A DNA stretch of 64,000 nucleotides from an uncultured Verrucomicrobiae bacterium (lineage in GTDB: Bacteria; Verrucomicrobiota; Verrucomicrobiia; Chthoniobacterales; UBA10450). The DNA lies in contig CAVTMK010000004.1 in NCBI GenBank assembly GCA_963735805.1, positions 576,001 through 640,000 on the forward strand. The letters run 5' to 3'. This document shows, in pieces, positions 58,649 through 64,000 of this stretch. Numbering within the stretch: the stretch's first letter is position 1; every line of letters begins with the position of its first letter. A program made the translations under genes and the position numbers. Under the pieces are notes generated by a model. It had not been told where the DNA came from. It searched no databases and saw only the letters and a list, made by a program, of their open reading frames with translations.

Positions 58649-60051
58649 TTGACTGTTGCTCGTTGAGGTTCGGCGACCAATTCGCGCGTCTCGGACATCG
58701 AAATCATTGGCGCAAGGCGCATAAACAAAAACTGAAGAGTCAGAAACAGACCGACGCTCCCAAACAGCGTCATCCAGTCCCATTCCGTCGGGAAAAACAT
58801 GCGCCAGGCCGAAGGTGTGAAATCGCGGTTCAGACTGGTAATAACGATGACGAAACGTTCGATCCACATGCCGACGTTGATGAACAGCGCCACGATGAAA
58901 AGACTGACCGGGTTGCGCCGGATCCGTGCCGACCAGAGCGCCTGGGGCACGAACACATTGAAAAGCATCAACGTCCAAAACACCCAGCCATACGGGCCGA
59001 ATGCGCGATTCATCATCATGTAGCGCTCGAAAATATCGCCACTGTAAAACGCCATGAACGCCTCGATGAAATAGCCATAGGCAACGATGAGCCCGGTGAC
59101 CAACATGATGTTGGCCATGTTATTGAGGTACCGTTCGGTAATCAGGTGCTCCAGGTGATAGATCTTGCGCACGGGGAGGATGATGTTCAGCGACATGGCG
59201 AACCCTGAGTAAATCGCCCCGGCTACGAAGTACGGCGGGAAAATCGTCGAGTGCCAGCCCGGCACGATCGCGACGGCGAAATCAAAGCTCACCACGCTAT
59301 GTACGGAAAGCACCAGTGGAGTTGCGAGTCCGGCCAGCAGCAGATATGCAATCTGATGGCGTTGCCAGTGCGTGGCTGAGTTGCGCCAACCCAATGCAAA
59401 AAAGCCGTAGATTTTTTTCTGCCAGAGTTTTTTTGCGCGATCACGGACAGTGGCCAGATCGGGAACCAGGCCGAGATACCAAAACAGCAGCGAGATAGTG
59501 AAATACGTCCCAACCGCAAAAACGTCCCAGACCAGTGGGCTCCGAAATTGTGGCCACACGCCCATCGTATCCGGATATGGAAACAGCCAAAAAAAAACCC
59601 ATGGTCGCCCCAGGTGAAGCAGCGGCATCAGACCAGCGCATGCCACTGCAAACAACGTCATAGCTTCAGTGAAGCGATTGATCGCGGTGCGCCAGTGCTG
59701 GAAGAGCAACAGTAAAATCGCGGAAATGAAGGTGCCAGCGTGGGCAATTCCCACCCACCAGACAAAATTCACAATCGCAAATCCCCACGCGACCGGAATG
59801 TTAACTCCCCAGATGCCGACGCCTTTTGCGAAAAGCCACGTGACCGCGAACAGAAATATCATCAGCAGGAAGAACGCGATGAAGAAGCCGAATCTCCAGC
59901 TGACTGGCGCACGGGTGAACGGAATCTCCCCGATGGTTTTGTTTACTGATTCATACGTCTGACCGGGAGCGAGAAGATTGGTCGGATAACCAAGCGGCGA
60001 AAACGAGGATGATTCGTGATTCGTGATTCGTGATTCGTCACGCGAGCTCAT
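58645..60051 (-). CDS. actC: Alternative complex III quinol-binding NrfD-family subunit
   Basis: NFVWWVGIAHAGTFISA, HLGRPW, QFRSPLVWD, SVHSVVSFDF, GMWIERF. Confidence 0.93.
   Translation of the reverse strand: MSSRDESRITNHESSSFSPLGYPTNLLAPGQTYESVNKTIGEIPFTRAPVSWRFGFFIAFFLLMIFLFAVTWLFAKGVGIWGVNIPVAWGFAIVNFVWWVGIAHAGTFISAILLLLFQHWRTAINRFTEAMTLFAVACAGLMPLLHLGRPWVFFWLFPYPDTMGVWPQFRSPLVWDVFAVGTYFTISLLFWYLGLVPDLATVRDRAKKLWQKKIYGFFALGWRNSATHWQRHQIAYLLLAGLATPLVLSVHSVVSFDFAVAIVPGWHSTIFPPYFVAGAIYSGFAMSLNIILPVRKIYHLEHLITERYLNNMANIMLVTGLIVAYGYFIEAFMAFYSGDIFERYMMMNRAFGPYGWVFWTLMLFNVFVPQALWSARIRRNPVSLFIVALFINVGMWIERFVIVITSLNRDFTPSAWRMFFPTEWDWMTLFGSVGLFLTLQFLFMRLAPMISMSETRELVAEPQRATVK
60010..60037. repeat. 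Perfect heptamer tandem repeat (TGATTCG)4 in the actC 5' coding region
   Basis: Read directly. Encodes ESRITNHES on the minus strand. Confidence 0.85.
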
Positions 60052-62912
60052 ACGATTTCCGGATTCCGGTTGCGCAATTTGGCGAAATAACTCGTTCGAG
60101 GTCGCGTATTGAGCTCACCCAGCATCCAGTAATTCAACGGTGACCCTTTCCAGTGTGCGACCCTGCTTTGTGAATCATTCATGTTCCCGAAAACGATCGC
60201 CTCCGCAGGACACACCTGCGCACAGGCCGGAACAATTTCTCCATCGCGGATCGTGCGCCGTTCGAGTTCGGCAGTTATGCGCGCCGCATTGATCCGCTGG
60301 ATGCAATAGGTGCACTTCTCCATGACGCCGCGTGAACGCACGGTCACGTCCGGATTTTTTACCAACTTCTGGGTCGGACTCAGTCCGTTGTTGTATTCGA
60401 GAAAATTAAAACGACGGACCTTGTAAGGGCAGTTGTTCGAGCAGTAACGCGTACCGACGCAACGATTGTAAACCTGAAGATTCAGACCCTCGTCATCGTG
60501 CACGGTTGCGCCCACAGGACACACCAGTTCGCACGGCGCATTCTCACAATGCATGCATGGGACGGGTTGGTGGATAAATTCGGGATCGTTCGCGCGGCCT
60601 GAATAATATGTGTCCACCCGAATCCAGTGCATTTCACGACGCATACCGACCTGTTGCTTGCCGACTACTGGAATGTTGTTTTCCGCCTGACAGGCAATTG
60701 TGCACGCGTGACAGCCGATGCAGACGTTCAGGTCCACGACCATTCCCCACTTGTAGCCCTTGTACGGATACTCCGCCGGGTTGTAGAGCGTTTCATCGGT
60801 GGCGGGATGTTCCTCCTTCTCCTGCGCGAAGTGCGGGTTGGACGCGAATTCTTGCAGTGTGCCATCGTGAAGAATTCCACGAGCACCGTGCACGTCGTGA
60901 TGTTCCTGGGTGCTGACGAACCAGTGTCGCGCCCCGCTTTTGTGAATTGCCAGTCCGTCGCCAAACCAGAGCGCATCGGCGGTCCGCAGTGCGTAAGCAT
61001 TGAAACCTACGTTGCGTCCAATCCGTCCAACTACTTCGCGCCCGTAACCGAGGGGCAACGTTACCGAATTCTCTGCCTGACCAGGCTGAATCCAGATCGG
61101 CGCCTGGATTGTGCGATCCCGGAAATTCAGATCGACAATGTCGCCGTTCTTCAAACCCTCGCGCTTGGCCAACTGCGGGCTAATCAGCGCTGCGTTGTCC
61201 CAAACGAGCGTCGAAAACTGCCGCGGTAACTCCTGTAGCCAACCATTGTTTGCGTAGCGGCCATCGCGCACGCTCACGTCGGGACGAAAGATCACCTCAA
61301 TGTTTGACGTTGAAACGTTGGAGCGTTGAACGGTTGAAGCGTTGAGCGAAGAAATCGGGGCTACCGAACTGATCGTCGGCGGTGTCAGTTCCCTAACGAC
61401 TCCATCACTCAACGCGAGCCGCCATTTTGCATCGAAATCGGGCAACTGGTTTTGTGCTTGCCAGCGGCTGCGGACGATCTCGTACGAACTTCTGGGCGAT
61501 CGGCCCACTAACGCTTCAAGAATTTCGTGCGCGGATGTTCCCGCGTACATCGGCTCGATGAGCGGCTGCACAATCGACACCGATCCGTCGCAGGCGCGAG
61601 TGTCACTCCACGACTCCAGGAAATGGAGAGCGGGAATGTGCCAGTGTGAATGACGTGATGTCTCGTTGAAGTAGCCACTTTGGTGGACGCGGAGTTTCAC
61701 CTTTTCGAACGCCGCCGCAAAATCGAAATCGATTGGCGCATCGTAGCGGGGATTGCCACCGAGAACGACGAGCACATCCACCGCGTCGCCGTGCATTTCA
61801 TGCACAAGTTCTTGAAACAAGATGCGGCTTCCTGGTAAAGTCAGCGGCGGAACCGGCGAAATCGTGACGCCGTCATTGCCGAGCGCCGCGTTGATACGCG
61901 ACACGAGAGCATGCACGTCGGGCGGTTGCGTTTCACCTGCGATAACAACGCTTGCTCCGCGGTTGGCGTTCAGATCGCGGACGACCGCCTCGATCCAATC
62001 TTGATTTTCCCTGGTCTGAGGCGTTGCGCCGATTCCAAGCTTCGAAGCGATCGTTTGAGCCAGTGGCAAGATGTCCCGTGAAGCAACCGCAATGCGGTGG
62101 TCCGCGTTGGATCCGCTAATCGTGGGCGTAGGTTCTGCTGCATAAAAGCGATTCATCCGCGCGCCTTCAGCAGCGATGATGCGCCGCGCGTTGCTAAAAT
62201 CGCGCGCGTATCGCAGCGCTTGGGGATGGGCGTAAAGAAAATCAGAATCGAGTGCTACAACGATGTTCGCCTTGGAAAAATCGCATACGCCCTCGGTGGC
62301 ATTGAAATTGTCGCGATTCAGCGGGTCCCAAATACACCAGCGCGCAGCAGGAAATTCCTGCATAACGTCGCCCAGTTGAGCCAGCAAAGTTGGGGAGGTG
62401 ATCGCCTCGGTAAGGATCCGCAGTGCCGCGCCGCCGTCAGGTTTTACTGATAGAAGCGCGTCGCTTAGAGCGTTCCACAAATCGTCGATCGTCTTGATCG
62501 CTCCTCCGGTGGTGACCGTTTGGGCCCGATCCGGATCATAAAGATCGAGAACATCTGCCTGGGCCCACACGCTTGTGGCGCCTCGGCTCGCGGGGTGACT
62601 AGGATTCCCTTCGATTTTCGTCGGACGCCCTTCGTAACTGGTTACCAGCAATCCCTGGCCAAACCCGCTGTATTGAGTCGCGGTGGCAAAACGCAGTGGC
62701 TTGCCCGGGATGACGATCTCCGGCTGTTCAACATAGGGAACAATTTTTTCCAGCGGCTGTTTGGTGCAGGCGCCAAGTCCCGCGAGCGCGAGTGTTGCGC
62801 CGCTCAGGCGGAGAAACTCCCGGCGGCTCACGCCTTCCGGCCATTCGGATGCCCCAGGTCCGAATTCATCAGACGCGTGGCTTTTATGATAGCTGTGGGG
62901 AAAATCTTTCAT
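60048..62912 (-). CDS. actB: Alternative complex III subunit B (Tat, molybdopterin-oxidoreductase-like plus Fe-S domain)
   Basis: SRREFL Tat motif plus LGAC, EGRPTKIEGNP, CIGCHAC..ACQAENN, CMHCENAPC, CVGTRYCSNNCP, MEKCTYC. ATG 62912 is coupled to the actA stop. Confidence 0.93.
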   Translation of the reverse strand: MKDFPHSYHKSHASDEFGPGASEWPEGVSRREFLRLSGATLALAGLGACTKQPLEKIVPYVEQPEIVIPGKPLRFATATQYSGFGQGLLVTSYEGRPTKIEGNPSHPASRGATSVWAQADVLDLYDPDRAQTVTTGGAIKTIDDLWNALSDALLSVKPDGGAALRILTEAITSPTLLAQLGDVMQEFPAARWCIWDPLNRDNFNATEGVCDFSKANIVVALDSDFLYAHPQALRYARDFSNARRIIAAEGARMNRFYAAEPTPTISGSNADHRIAVASRDILPLAQTIASKLGIGATPQTRENQDWIEAVVRDLNANRGASVVIAGETQPPDVHALVSRINAALGNDGVTISPVPPLTLPGSRILFQELVHEMHGDAVDVLVVLGGNPRYDAPIDFDFAAAFEKVKLRVHQSGYFNETSRHSHWHIPALHFLESWSDTRACDGSVSIVQPLIEPMYAGTSAHEILEALVGRSPRSSYEIVRSRWQAQNQLPDFDAKWRLALSDGVVRELTPPTISSVAPISSLNASTVQRSNVSTSNIEVIFRPDVSVRDGRYANNGWLQELPRQFSTLVWDNAALISPQLAKREGLKNGDIVDLNFRDRTIQAPIWIQPGQAENSVTLPLGYGREVVGRIGRNVGFNAYALRTADALWFGDGLAIHKSGARHWFVSTQEHHDVHGARGILHDGTLQEFASNPHFAQEKEEHPATDETLYNPAEYPYKGYKWGMVVDLNVCIGCHACTIACQAENNIPVVGKQQVGMRREMHWIRVDTYYSGRANDPEFIHQPVPCMHCENAPCELVCPVGATVHDDEGLNLQVYNRCVGTRYCSNNCPYKVRRFNFLEYNNGLSPTQKLVKNPDVTVRSRGVMEKCTYCIQRINAARITAELERRTIRDGEIVPACAQVCPAEAIVFGNMNDSQSRVAHWKGSPLNYWMLGELNTRPRTSYFAKLRNRNPEIV

Positions 62913-63568
62913 CGGTGACACGTGCCGCAGTTGGTCAGATGCCCGGTCGTATCGACGTGATACTGAGTCACCAATTTTGCCCCTTCGACTTGCTGATTAG
63001 GCGGCGGTTGCCATGCCACATCGAAAACCTTGTCTCGCGGCCGGAGGTACTTTTGCGGATCGCGATGGCAATCGAGGCACCATTTCATGTAAAGCGTCTG
63101 CGTCTTTCGCGTGAGCGGCATTTGATCAATGCGCCCGTGACACGTGGAGCAACCCACACCTTTTGCGATGTGAATGCTATGATTGAAGTACACGTAGCCG
63201 GGCAAATCGTGAACGCGGGTCCATTTTAAAGGAGTGCTCGTAGCGAGACTTGCGCGGACCTGTGCCAGCACCGCCGCATCGCTGAAGATTTGCGAATGGC
63301 AGGTCATGCAGGTTTGAGTGGATGGCAATCCTGCAAACGCCGACTTTTCTACCGAGGTATGGCAGTAGCGGCAATCGATGCCATCGTCACCCACGTGATG
63401 CTTATGGCTGAACGGCACCGGTTGATCGAACGGCACGCCAACGTAAGTCGTGTAAGGCGACCAATAGATGGTCGAAGTAGCCCAGCCGGCTCCACAAACC
63501 AGAACGACGACGCCAACGATGATCACTCGGGAGTGAACATTCGCGCGCCGCGAGAAAAGCTGGGCCAT
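62909..63568 (-). CDS. actA: Alternative complex III pentaheme cytochrome c
   Basis: Five CxxCH motifs (CRYCH, CMTCH, CSTCH, CLDCH, CGTCH), QPVPFSHKHH, N-terminal TM. Confidence 0.94.
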   Translation of the reverse strand: MAQLFSRRANVHSRVIIVGVVVLVCGAGWATSTIYWSPYTTYVGVPFDQPVPFSHKHHVGDDGIDCRYCHTSVEKSAFAGLPSTQTCMTCHSQIFSDAAVLAQVRASLATSTPLKWTRVHDLPGYVYFNHSIHIAKGVGCSTCHGRIDQMPLTRKTQTLYMKWCLDCHRDPQKYLRPRDKVFDVAWQPPPNQQVEGAKLVTQYHVDTTGHLTNCGTCHR

Positions 63569-63674
63569 TTAAACCTAAAGTGTGTTCTCCGGAAATGAAT
63601 CGAGCATGGAAGCAGTGTGGGACGCCTGGAATCCGATTTCCTGCATCCGGCCGAACAGGTGAGGCCGACCTGTA

Positions 63675-64000
63675 TTACTGATTTGGATTTCCGAGATCCA
63701 GCGCGCGGCGCGGCGCATGCGCGAACTTAAAACCAGCCAATCCCGGCACGCCTGTGCCGACGTTTTTGCCAAGCGCGAGTACCTGAAAAGCTCGACCGAG
63801 CATTTCAGGATGGAGCAATGTCTGCATGGCGCGTTTGGTTTTATGATAGGGACTGGCAACCTGAACTGGCGGGTTCGACGCCGCTGAGTCTTTGGGGAAG
63901 GGCTGCAGTAGATCTGGCCACGTAGAGATGATTCCGGTCAGGAAATGGTGCTGATCGGTAAATCCCGCGATAGCTAATCCGTTGGCTTCGGCGCGGTGGG
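63675..64000 (-). CDS. 3' end of a MidA/NDUFAF7-like SAM-dependent methyltransferase (partial)
   Basis: Manual translation: ..GLAIAGFTDQHHFLTGI..MQTLLHPEMLGRAFQVLAL..*. Confidence 0.7.
   Translation of the reverse strand, partial: HRAEANGLAIAGFTDQHHFLTGIISTWPDLLQPFPKDSAASNPPVQVASPYHKTKRAMQTLLHPEMLGRAFQVLALGKNVGTGVPGLAGFKFAHAPRRALDLGNPNQ

Overview
Bacterial chromosome segment. Gene content and repeat style suggest a soil verrucomicrobium of the Chthoniobacterales / Ca. Udaeobacter type (inference). No rRNA, tRNA, CRISPR array, integrase or transposase was seen. Three zones. (1) 1-14.5 kb: an accessory and defence hotspot between a Ski2-like helicase and marC. It holds two HicAB modules, an O-acyltransferase, a deleted SRA/HNH-type nuclease, a DUF3644 HEPN protein and a secreted Pro/Thr-tailed protein. 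It also holds at least nine short (73-111 bp) insertion elements that end in TCAA and always follow an AA dinucleotide. Two of these sit just after the start codons of hicA and the acyltransferase, and removing them precisely restores both ORFs. (2) 14.5-30 kb: ordinary genes (korAB, Dcp peptidase, methyltransferases, GH25, mobA, MOSC, fdhD) with many REP-like palindromes. (3) 30.4-63.6 kb: a ~33 kb minus-strand respiratory supercluster. In order it encodes alternative complex III, a caa3-type A2 oxidase, a group 1h high-affinity [NiFe]-hydrogenase with maturation genes and a formate/nitrite transporter, and a selenocysteine formate dehydrogenase with a canonical SECIS.
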